Shown here: piece after piece, positions 56,442 to 64,000 of the stretch | Position numbering within the stretch: position 1 is the stretch's first letter | How the letters are laid out: every line of letters begins with the position of its first letter | NCBI GenBank assembly: GCA_002347025.1 | Contig: DEAE01000016.1 | Location: 6,877-70,876 of the forward strand | DNA length: 64,000 bases | Source: Acidobacteria bacterium UBA2990 | GTDB lineage: Bacteria > Acidobacteriota > Vicinamibacteria > Vicinamibacterales > UBA8438 | Direction: 5' to 3' | Translations under genes and position numbers: made by a program | The notes under the pieces: model-generated | Told to the model about the DNA's origin: nothing | Database searches by the model: none | What the model saw: the letters and a program-made list of their open reading frames with translations, nothing else

Positions 56442-56839
56442 GATTTTAACTTTCGAGCCAGGTCAGCCTCTAAGTCAACATGGCGACGCACCCCTGTGAG
56501 CTCCTTGGCTGCCCTGTCCAAACGACTTTTAACTGCCAGTGCTTGCGATCGAAATGCCGCCGTTACAAGTGACAGATCAGACAACAGCAGCCCGTGAATT
56601 AATACTTCATCAGCCTCAAACGAAGGTCCTTCACCGAGCTGGACAGCCAGACGCCCTGCACGTTGTAACAAAGGCTCAAGCACAGGTTCCATCTCCCGAC
56701 ACATCGTAGCGTCAGGTTCGTCCGGCATAGCAATGGAGTTAGCAACCCGGACTGCACGAATAGCAGACCGGAGCCTGCAGTCCAATGCCTCAAGACGTTG
56801 TTCCAGTGTATTCGCAGCCATCGGACTAGCAAGATTCAA
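56438..56839 (-). CDS. hypothetical alpha-helical / coiled-coil protein (133 aa), first gene of the minus-strand supercluster
   Basis: The sequence is heptad-like and Leu/Arg/Ala-rich. It overlaps family C paralog 3 by 4 nt and has no enzymatic motif. Confidence 0.45.
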   Translation of the reverse strand: MNLASPMAANTLEQRLEALDCRLRSAIRAVRVANSIAMPDEPDATMCREMEPVLEPLLQRAGRLAVQLGEGPSFEADEVLIHGLLLSDLSLVTAAFRSQALAVKSRLDRAAKELTGVRRHVDLEADLARKLKS

Positions 56840-56950
56840 GCTAGGGTTGGTTGGGTTTCATCTTAAGCCAACGTGCGATTTTACCCCCAACGTCAATTCA
56901 AACGGCATGAAAATTGTTGCACCGAACCTACTGTGCCGATATCGTAGAGA

Positions 56951-57397
56951 GTGCTGGCAGTTGCCCAACCCATAGCAATGATTTCAGACTTTCTGGCGCT
57001 CTTTGGGCTGACATCACTAAGGCAGCTACATGCTGCCACTGCTCGAGCAGACGAACTCAAGGCTCGCGCCACCGCCTTGCAGGAGCGGCTCGAAGCAACC
57101 AAGCAAGACTCCGAACGCTGGAAACGGAAGAGTCAGCAGACTGCCGCTCGACTAGATTCAGCGAACAAGGAAGCCGAACGGTGGAAACAAAAAGACGCCG
57201 GACACCTCACCGAACTTAGCCGACTCAGTCGCGCCGAGAAATTAACCAAGCTGGCTCGAGAGCACCTATTGCTAATGGAAACCAAGCTAGACGTCATGGA
57301 AGGAGCCATAACAGTGCTCGATCGGCGAACTCGAAGCCAAAAAGAGCCGAGCAAAGTAGCTATAACGGAACCACCAGCCAATACCCACCGTGACTGA
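56951..57397 (+). CDS. hypothetical coiled-coil protein (148 aa; start could be Met at 56978)
   Basis: It contains a long charged helix, ELKARATALQERLEATKQDSERWKRKSQQTAARLDSANKEAERWKQKDAG..., with an internal ERWK(R/Q)K repeat. It is divergent from the 133-aa gene and overlaps the next gene (GTGACTGA). Confidence 0.5.
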   Translation: MLAVAQPIAMISDFLALFGLTSLRQLHAATARADELKARATALQERLEATKQDSERWKRKSQQTAARLDSANKEAERWKQKDAGHLTELSRLSRAEKLTKLAREHLLLMETKLDVMEGAITVLDRRTRSQKEPSKVAITEPPANTHRD

Positions 57398-58352
57398 CAC
57401 ACCTTTTCTCAGCATCGTCGTCACTGGCCGAAACGACGACTACGGGGGGCAGTTCGCTAGGCGCTTCATTCGTGCCCTCACCTTCAACATCGAGCAACTT
57501 GCCAACCAGAATTTGTCTGCCGAAATCCTTCTTGTTGAATGGAGTCCGGTTCCAGGCCGGCGATTACTCGCGGAAGAGGTCTTAACTTTTTTGCCGCCAT
57601 GGTGCCACAAATGGTTCACTAGCTTCATAGTCGATAGCCGATATCAAGAGGCCCTTAGCCTCAATCCAAACCTGGGGTATCTCGAATACATTGCAAAGAA
57701 TGTCGGCATCCGACGAGCCAAAGGCCACCTGATCCTAGCCACCAATACTGACATTTTGTTCAGCTCAGCCCTCATCAGCAAGATGTCGGCAGGTCAATTA
57801 ATCGATGGTCGAGTCTATCGAGCTAACAGGATCGACCTCAAACTTGGCATCGATGAAAGCAGGCTCCATAACGATTTGCTCGACAATCCAAATAACCACG
57901 TTCCTCGCACACCGATCAAGCCACCGCTCTATGCAGGTGCTGCAGGTGACTTCATCCTCCTCGACCGAGAGACTTTGAAACGGCTACGTGGGTTTAACGA
58001 GGTTTATCGAATGGCCCGTTTCGGTGTGGACCACAACTTCCTTATAAAAGCACGCTCTTCTGGGATACCCATCGAAGACATTGAAGCCCCCGTCTACCAT
58101 ATTAGCCACACCACGAGTTTCCAAGTTGCGAAACATATCGCAACCCCTAAGCAAGCCGAGCGCCTCTGGGGCTCCAAGTGGCACAACCATAACGTTATCT
58201 ACGACAACCCGGAAGAATGGGGACTAGGCAACGCGCCTGTCACAAGGATCGGAGAACGAATCTGGCAGATAGATTTTGACTGGATATCGGTTGCTCCCTT
58301 AACGGACTTACGGCGCATCGTGCTAGCCGACGTCCCCGAATTAAATTGCTGA
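57390..58352 (+). CDS. GT-A-fold glycosyltransferase-like protein (GT2-like)
   Basis: FLSIVVTGRND.....F.RRF...L......Q........EILLVEW.P, then ATNTDILFS and GDFILLDRETLKRLRGFNE, resemble GT-A enzymes with a C-terminal galactosyltransferase-type segment. It has a GTG start. Confidence 0.5.
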   Translation: MTDTPFLSIVVTGRNDDYGGQFARRFIRALTFNIEQLANQNLSAEILLVEWSPVPGRRLLAEEVLTFLPPWCHKWFTSFIVDSRYQEALSLNPNLGYLEYIAKNVGIRRAKGHLILATNTDILFSSALISKMSAGQLIDGRVYRANRIDLKLGIDESRLHNDLLDNPNNHVPRTPIKPPLYAGAAGDFILLDRETLKRLRGFNEVYRMARFGVDHNFLIKARSSGIPIEDIEAPVYHISHTTSFQVAKHIATPKQAERLWGSKWHNHNVIYDNPEEWGLGNAPVTRIGERIWQIDFDWISVAPLTDLRRIVLADVPELNC

Positions 58353-58669
58353 CATCACCCAGACATCAAGGCACTGAGATCTGTTTTCCCTCAGTAAAAT
58401 CGGCCAGCACCTTCGACAAGTTGGACAACTCACCGCCCACTTTCGGCATAAGTTTGGCGCACGAACCACTAATCAAGAATTGAAAATCAGACCAGCTCAA
58501 GCGCCTCCCAACAACAACATTGCTACCACTATGAGTGGCACAAAACCCTGATTTAGAATTTTATCCAAAACCCAAGCTGGAAACCGACAGGAGCATATAA
58601 CTGACAATCAACACTAGGCCTAGCGTCTTGCTCAAGACAAAGTCTATGCACAAATTCTCATAACCAGTC

Positions 58670-59662
58670 CTAAACCGGTTCGTTGTCAGTGGCGAGGGGT
58701 TCACATTGAAGGCGATGCAGATCGGCATCCACCATCATGGTAATCAAGCCTTTGAAATCTACAGTCGGTTGCCATCCTAACTGCGCTCGTGCTTTTGACG
58801 CGTCACCTATCAGGTGGTCGACCTCTGCAGGCCGCAGGAGATTTGGGTCGGTGTCTACATAGTCTTGCCAGTCCAACCCGACATGGCCAAAAGCTATTTG
58901 AACCAACTCTTCAACAGAACTACTAACCCCAGTGGCAACCACGTAATCATTTGGGGAATCCTGCTGTAGCATCGCCCACATCGCTCGTACATAATCGCCG
59001 GCAAAGCCCCAGTCTCTACAAGCGTTTAGATTTCCAAGCGATAAACGTTTGCCAAGCCCAAGCTTAATTCTTGCTACTCCGTCAGTAACCTTCCTAGTAA
59101 CAAACTCAAGTCCCCGACGAGGCGACTCGTGGTTGAATAGGATGCCAGAAACGGCAAACAAGTCATAACTCTCACGATAGTTGACGGTCATATAGTGGGC
59201 GAATACTTTCGACACACCGTATGGGCTTCGTGGATGAAATGGGGTTTCTTCTGTCTGCGGCGTTGCCCGCACTTTTCCAAACATTTCACTCGACGAAGCC
59301 TGATAGACCCGAATCGAAGTATCAACACGTCGAATCGCCTCGAAAAGCCGTGTTACCCCTTGGGCATTGAATTCGCCTGTCAGCAACGGTTGCTCCCAGG
59401 AAGCAGGAACGAAAGACATAGCCGCAAGGTTGTAGACTTCGTGGGGCCTTACATCAGCAACCAGATCCAATAGGGACGCTTGGTCGAGCAGGTCGGCAGA
59501 ACGCAACTGGATACGGTCCCGTAAGTGTTGAATTCGTTGCATATTGGGAGTGCTGAGGCGCCGAGTCACTCCTATGACCTCGTAGTCCTTCTGGAGCAAC
59601 AATTCCACCAAGTAAGATCCATCTTGGCCAGTAACACCGGTAACGATCGCACGCTTGGACAT
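58670..59662 (-). CDS. gmd: GDP-mannose 4,6-dehydratase
   Basis: It has [27 protein letters not shown], the SSSEMFG and YG.SK motifs, and NHESPRRG. Confidence 0.92.
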   Translation of the reverse strand: MSKRAIVTGVTGQDGSYLVELLLQKDYEVIGVTRRLSTPNMQRIQHLRDRIQLRSADLLDQASLLDLVADVRPHEVYNLAAMSFVPASWEQPLLTGEFNAQGVTRLFEAIRRVDTSIRVYQASSSEMFGKVRATPQTEETPFHPRSPYGVSKVFAHYMTVNYRESYDLFAVSGILFNHESPRRGLEFVTRKVTDGVARIKLGLGKRLSLGNLNACRDWGFAGDYVRAMWAMLQQDSPNDYVVATGVSSSVEELVQIAFGHVGLDWQDYVDTDPNLLRPAEVDHLIGDASKARAQLGWQPTVDFKGLITMMVDADLHRLQCEPLATDNEPV

Positions 59663-60015
59663 AGGTTGAAGTAAGAATCGATACAGTGGGTTCTCAGAAA
59701 GTGATCAAACCCCATCAAATCGGGCAGGCCGTGGAACACGGCCACGTCACATGCACACAACAACCGACCAGGCAACCCGCCGAACCCGCAAGAGGTGCCA
59801 GTGTAACCATCGGCCTTGCAAATAATCTCAGCATAGCCCAACCTACCCTAAGGTGTGACCGAGCTGGTAAGCGGGCTCCATGAAAGCCCCCCTCTGAGCG
59901 AGCGGAAACGCCAACTTAGAGACGCACCTCCAAGCAGCACGTAAAGGCTAGAGACTTTATCATAGAAGCTCTTAGGAGAATTTATTCTAGGATCTGAACT
60001 TTTAGGTATCTCGGA

Positions 60016-61116
60016 GTGGAAGAAATCGATCTACTGATCATCGGAGGCGGGGTCATAGGCTTAGCATGCGCGTGCGAAACAGCCAGTCCAAAACGAACGG
60101 TTTGCCTACTTGAACGGCACCAACGGTTAGGCACCGTAACAAGCACACACAACAGCGGAGTCATCCACTCCGGCATCTACTACCCAACAGGCTCACTCAA
60201 GGCTAAGTTGTGCCTAGAGGGACGAGAAGCACTTTATGGGTTCTGCGCACAGCACCATGTCCCTCACCAACAGACCGGAAAACTGATCTTGGCCGAAGCT
60301 GGAAAAGACAGTAGTGGCCTCCAAGCCCTTCTCGACCGTGGCCTAGCCAACGGTGTCGAGAATCTTGAGATAATTGCCGGCAGTGTTGTTACCAAACTCG
60401 AACCGAACGTGGCCGCTCGCTCGGCATTGTGGTCTCCATCGACCGGTATTGTTGATACAGAAGCTCTGGTGCGAACATTGCAACATAAAGCTGAAAATCA
60501 AGGTGTGATCATACTGCCAGCCATGCCCTTGATCGGTGGCAACGCTCATCAAGATTGGGTGGAACTTCACACACCAGTCGAAGCGATTCGAGCGCGGACA
60601 GTTATTAATGCTGCAGGCCTTGAAGCAGACAACATCTCAGCCATATTGGGCGGCCTAAGGTTTCACATCTATCCTTGTCGTGGTGAGTATGCTGAACTCG
60701 ATTGCAAAGGTCCTGAACAAATCAGCAGGCCCGTTTACCCTGAGCCGATAGCAGTCGCCGGGCATCTGGGAGTTCACCTCACACCAACAACCTGGGGCAC
60801 AATCATGATTGGGCCAACTTCTCACTATCAAGAAGCCAAAGACGACTACGAGAGTGAGCGTATTCCAGTCGAGGAGTTCTTGGAGCCTACGCGAAACCTT
60901 CTGCCATCAGTGCAACTCGAAAATCTGAGACTTGGCAGTAGCGGTATCAGGGCCAAGCTTAGCGCCGATCCAACAGTATTTTCTGACTTCCTTATCGAAC
61001 GCGATCCGAAACAACAACTCATGATTCATGCGGCTGGAATCGACTCACCTGGACTCACAGCATGTATTGCTATAGCTCGCCGGGTAGCAAAACTTGTCGA
61101 CGATGTACTGAATTAG
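60016..61116 (+). CDS. FAD-dependent oxidoreductase, L-2-hydroxyglutarate oxidase (LhgO)-like
   Basis: DLLIIGGGVIGLA (GxGxxG) sits at the N-terminus, and HNSGVIHSGIYYP.GSLKAKLC.EG is typical of the LhgO / glycerol-3-P-dehydrogenase-like family. It has a GTG start. Confidence 0.7.
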   Translation: MEEIDLLIIGGGVIGLACACETASPKRTVCLLERHQRLGTVTSTHNSGVIHSGIYYPTGSLKAKLCLEGREALYGFCAQHHVPHQQTGKLILAEAGKDSSGLQALLDRGLANGVENLEIIAGSVVTKLEPNVAARSALWSPSTGIVDTEALVRTLQHKAENQGVIILPAMPLIGGNAHQDWVELHTPVEAIRARTVINAAGLEADNISAILGGLRFHIYPCRGEYAELDCKGPEQISRPVYPEPIAVAGHLGVHLTPTTWGTIMIGPTSHYQEAKDDYESERIPVEEFLEPTRNLLPSVQLENLRLGSSGIRAKLSADPTVFSDFLIERDPKQQLMIHAAGIDSPGLTACIAIARRVAKLVDDVLN

Positions 61117-61127
61117 CAACAATAAAA

Positions 61128-62018
61128 TCACTCCATCTTTCCCAAAGCCATCGCTTGCCGTTCGGCAAGATAGCGACCAAGAGCATCTTCCCATGTTGGC
61201 ATGGGAATACCTGCAGCCGCGAGCTTTTGGTTCGACAGCGCACAAAATTTTGGCCGGACAGCACGTAGCTCTACCTCGTCAATAGTTACAGGCAAAAGGT
61301 CAGAGTCACTCTCAAGTCGCCCCGCCGCGGCCCGGGCAATCTCAAACCAAGTTGCCGAACCAGTGTTGACGCAATGATAGATCCCAGCCTCAGGCTGAAG
61401 CCGAACTAACTCTAGAGTCGCTGTCGAAACATCAGGAACATAACTCGGCGATACGGTGCGGTCTGAGAAACCATAAACTGGACGTCCCTCCAGCAGGGCA
61501 TCCACCATCCGATCAAGAGTGCTTCCACTCTGCAAACGTCCACCAACTGCTGGTTCTTCCCCACCACCAAAGAGACTTTCGACGCGGAGAACGTAGTGAT
61601 TCGGCGCTAACCTTGCAAACCACTCGCCAACCAATTTCGAAGTCGCATACACACTCTGGGGCCTCGGATCCGTGGACTCACAATGCAGTCGATCTGTCTC
61701 GCCATCGAACACAAAATCAGTGCTGTAATGTACAAACATGGCCCCAATCTGCTTTGCGGCTTCAGCCAATGATCGCACAGCCAACCCATTTACCTGCATG
61801 GCCGTAACGGGTTCAACCTCGGCCCCATCAACATCGTTGTATGCGGCACAGTTGACTATGACAGCAGGCGCAGCTTTCTTGATGACCCGCAGAACTGCCT
61901 CTTGATCGGTGATATCAAGCTCATCGCGAGGCAACGCTACAACCTGCCATTCATCAGCAAACACCCTAGCCATTTCTCGCCCTAATTGGCCGGCAGCACC
62001 GGCGACAAGAACCGTCAT
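61128..62018 (-). CDS. dTDP-4-dehydrorhamnose reductase family (RmlD-type) NAD(P)-dependent sugar reductase
   Basis: It has VLVAGAAGQLG.........W.V.AL.R.ELDITD, NCAAYN.VD.AE and YSTDFVFDG, with the catalytic Y..SK (YATSK). Confidence 0.8.
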   Translation of the reverse strand: MTVLVAGAAGQLGREMARVFADEWQVVALPRDELDITDQEAVLRVIKKAAPAVIVNCAAYNDVDGAEVEPVTAMQVNGLAVRSLAEAAKQIGAMFVHYSTDFVFDGETDRLHCESTDPRPQSVYATSKLVGEWFARLAPNHYVLRVESLFGGGEEPAVGGRLQSGSTLDRMVDALLEGRPVYGFSDRTVSPSYVPDVSTATLELVRLQPEAGIYHCVNTGSATWFEIARAAAGRLESDSDLLPVTIDEVELRAVRPKFCALSNQKLAAAGIPMPTWEDALGRYLAERQAMALGKME

Positions 62019-62485
62019 TGCTGTTTTATCGCGGCTCTGGCTTCCCTATCAGCCTCCCGCCGTCGAAGCGTCTCCCTTTTATCGTGCTCACGCTTGCCTT
62101 TAGCCAAGCTCACTACCACCTTCACAAATCCGCTCTTAAAATACATCCGGACAGGCACCAGGGTCATTCCTCGCTCTAACACCTTTCCAATCAGCTTTCG
62201 GAGCTCTCCTTTGTGGAGAAGGAGCTTACGTCGGCGCATAGGTTCGTGGTCAGCGTAACCACGGTGACTATAAGGGCTAATATGGGCATTGTAGAGAAAA
62301 ATCTCCCCCTTCTCGACGCGTCCATAGCTATCCCTCAAATTCACGCGGCCTTCACGAATTGCCTTTACTTCAGTTCCGAGTAGCACGATCCCAGCCTCAA
62401 AAGTGTCAAAGAGAATGTAATCGTGCCTAGCTTTCCGGTTCTCCGCAATCAACTTCGCGTCCGGTGGTATTTCAGTAGCGCGCAT
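62015..62485 (-). CDS. smpB: SsrA-binding protein
   Basis: It shows IAENRKARHDY.....FEAGIVL.GTEVK..R.G...L.DSY, and later LLLHK.E..KL. Confidence 0.95.
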   Translation of the reverse strand: MRATEIPPDAKLIAENRKARHDYILFDTFEAGIVLLGTEVKAIREGRVNLRDSYGRVEKGEIFLYNAHISPYSHRGYADHEPMRRRKLLLHKGELRKLIGKVLERGMTLVPVRMYFKSGFVKVVVSLAKGKREHDKRETLRRREADREARAAIKQQ

Positions 62486-62643
62486 AGTGGTGAGGTTTAT
62501 TCCAACTCAATTCACTCGGTGGCAAAAGTGCAATTCTTTTCTACAGAATTGCTTGCAACCACCTCAGCTGAGTTTCTCAGTCGACACGGCCCTAGAATTG
62601 ATGTCCTCAGACAGCTCGAATGACTTCCGCGGCAAGAAAAAAT

Positions 62644-63582
62644 TTAATGAGGTTGGCCATTACCGCTTGGGAACCTTCCTTCCGACATCGAAAACGATCT
62701 CCCGGCCAATTTTGCAGCCAGCTCAACCGCATTAATCAAACTCGTCTCATCAGCCACACCTTTACCTGCGATATCAAACGCAGTCCCATGGTCTACAGAT
62801 GTTCTTATGATCGGAAGTCCTAGGGTGACGTTGACCGCCTCCCCAAACGCGGCCATTTTGATAGGAATCAGTCCCTGGTCGTGGTAACAAGCAATAACCG
62901 CATCATACCGACCGTCGATCGCCTGCCTGAATACTGTGTCCGCTGGAAGCGGACCCACCACATTCACTCCCCTTTCTCGAACCGACTTTACTGCCGGAAC
63001 AAGCACATCGAGGTCCTCTTGCCCGAATAAGCCGCCTTCTCCGGCGTGAGGATTGAGGCCAGCCACCGCAAGCCTCGGCTTCTCCACACCGAAACGAGGC
63101 AACTCAGCCGCAGCAAGTAAGACAACAGTCTCCACCCGAGATTGGGTAAGTAACTGAGGCACCGCTGAAAGAGGCACATGCACCGTTGCCAAGATGACGG
63201 AAAGGCGAGGAGAGTAAAACATCATCGCCACATCCTCAACTCCGGTGAGATGGGAAAGTAATTCTGTGTGACCACGCCATACTGAACCAGCTAGATCCAA
63301 GGCTTGCTTATTAATTGGGCCAGTAACTATTGCGTCAAGGCGCCCAGCCAAGGCATCGGCGACAGCCTTCTCAATCGCCTCGAGTGCGGCTAAACCAGCA
63401 GCAGCGGACAAAACCCCAGGACTGAAGCAAGCACGCTCACTCGATGATTTAGGACCGTAGAGTACCGGCTGACAGACACTAGTGACCCGTCTGTTAGCAA
63501 TCGCTGCCAAAGCTATCTCAGGCCCGATCCCAGCTGGATCTCCCATCGTAACGCCAACCCGAACACGATTCCTGACTTCCAT
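62644..63582 (-). CDS. pdxA: 4-hydroxythreonine-4-phosphate dehydrogenase
   Basis: It has GDPAGIGPEI, GLNPHAGE.G.FG.E, YHDQGLIP.K and TSVDHGTAFDIAG. Confidence 0.92.
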   Translation of the reverse strand: MEVRNRVRVGVTMGDPAGIGPEIALAAIANRRVTSVCQPVLYGPKSSSERACFSPGVLSAAAGLAALEAIEKAVADALAGRLDAIVTGPINKQALDLAGSVWRGHTELLSHLTGVEDVAMMFYSPRLSVILATVHVPLSAVPQLLTQSRVETVVLLAAAELPRFGVEKPRLAVAGLNPHAGEGGLFGQEDLDVLVPAVKSVRERGVNVVGPLPADTVFRQAIDGRYDAVIACYHDQGLIPIKMAAFGEAVNVTLGLPIIRTSVDHGTAFDIAGKGVADETSLINAVELAAKLAGRSFSMSEGRFPSGNGQPH

Positions 63583-63639
63583 GAATCAATCAACGACTGC
63601 CTGATCGACAAAGGTTTTATAAACCCGTCCCGTCACAAC

Positions 63640-64000
63640 TCAAACTCTGCGGCCACAGTCGCCGCAATCCTTTCCACAGTCTGTCCCGCAACCACCGACT
63701 GCTCGATCACAGCTTGACTCATGGGCGCATCCAGCAAACTGGTCACCCTTGGCATTAGGGAGTTCATATCGAAGACAGCACTTTAAACGACCACAGGCAC
63801 CTGAAAGTCTGGACGGATTCAGGCTAAGGTTCTGCTTCTTTGCCATCTTGATAGAAATTGATTCAAACGAGTTCAACCAGGTCGTGCAACACAGTGGCCT
63901 GCCACATGTTCCGTAGCCGCCAAGCAACTTTGCCTCGTCCCGCGCACCGATCTGCCGCATCTCAATCCGCACTCTAAATTCGCTAGCGAGCTCTCGAACC
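63640..64000 (-). CDS. PSP1 domain protein (YaaT-like), C-terminal part; gene continues beyond window end
   Basis: It shows IEMRQIGARDEAK..GG.G.CGR.LCC..WL..FE.ISIKMAK.Q.LSLNP...SG.CGRLKCCL.YE, the PSP1 C-terminal signature. Confidence 0.85.
   Translation of the reverse strand, partial: VRELASEFRVRIEMRQIGARDEAKLLGGYGTCGRPLCCTTWLNSFESISIKMAKKQNLSLNPSRLSGACGRLKCCLRYELPNAKGDQFAGCAHESSCDRAVGGCGTDCGKDCGDCGRRV

Noticed and set aside
59840-59905. tRNA-like stretch 'ggtgtgaccgagctggtaagcgggctccatgaaagccc'
   Set aside because: It superficially resembles an acceptor/D-arm plus anticodon stem-loop (GGGCT-CCATGAA-AGCCC). However, the D-stem does not pair, position 33 would be C, and no T-arm (GTTCRANYC) follows.
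1-64000. Mobile elements, prophage, CRISPR arrays, toxin-antitoxin or defence systems; integration at tRNA-Gln
   Set aside because: I saw no integrase, transposase or recombinase-like ORFs, no direct repeats flanking the tRNA, no regularly spaced repeat array and no small paired ORFs of TA type. The glycan locus shows no obvious boundary repeats. Composition was not computed, so horizontal acquisition can be neither claimed nor excluded.

Overview
All calls below come from reading the supplied translations and the DNA by eye. No database search, HMM, RNA folding or composition statistic was run.

The window looks like a chromosomal segment of a Gram-negative-type bacterium with moderate GC (not computed). 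I cannot assign a lineage. No CRISPR array, transposase, integrase or phage gene was seen.

**1-22.1 kb: housekeeping genes**
- Ribosomal and translation genes: rpsF-rpsR-rplI, then pth-rplY(ctc)-prs.
- tRNA-Gln(UUG), followed by ispE, a LolB-like lipoprotein and a TPR protein.
- A 56-aa Trm112-like zinc-ribbon ORF that is missing from the ORF track.
- An O-antigen-ligase-like membrane protein, purH and selA.
- A complete Na+-NQR operon (nqrABCDEF-apbE-nqrM), then thiS-thiG.

**22.3-56.8 kb: one-directional glycan-assembly supercluster (minus strand)**
- It has 26 co-directional genes, many joined by ATGA 4-nt overlaps.
- The proximal half is recognisable: an O-antigen-ligase-like protein, a geranylgeranyl-reductase-like flavoprotein, a WecA/MraY-type initiating transferase, GT4-type glycosyltransferases and an AsnB-like amidotransferase.
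- It also carries a NeuB/NeuA/KdsC-type ulosonic-acid pathway joined to a fused transketolase, an aldehyde dehydrogenase and an SDR.

**39.7-58.4 kb: the part I consider most likely novel**
This distal half is built from three recurrent modules that I cannot place in a characterised family:
- Family A is a roughly 480-aa GT-B-like module with SWD(N/H)LT.KG, xHP and NTS..IEA motifs, present in 3 copies.
- Family B is a roughly 310-335-aa GT9-like module beginning GPWLSEVGFE.LYW.PF, present in 3 copies. Each copy is C-terminally fused to a different partner: a GT2 domain, a family-A domain, and a Wzt-like ABC ATPase.
- Family C is a coiled-coil plus FkbM-like methyltransferase module, present in 3 copies.

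The only ABC nucleotide-binding domain in the locus lacks the Walker-B glutamate and the H-loop histidine.

**58.4-64 kb:** gmd, an LhgO-like flavoprotein, an rmlD-like reductase overlapping smpB, pdxA and a truncated PSP1-domain gene.
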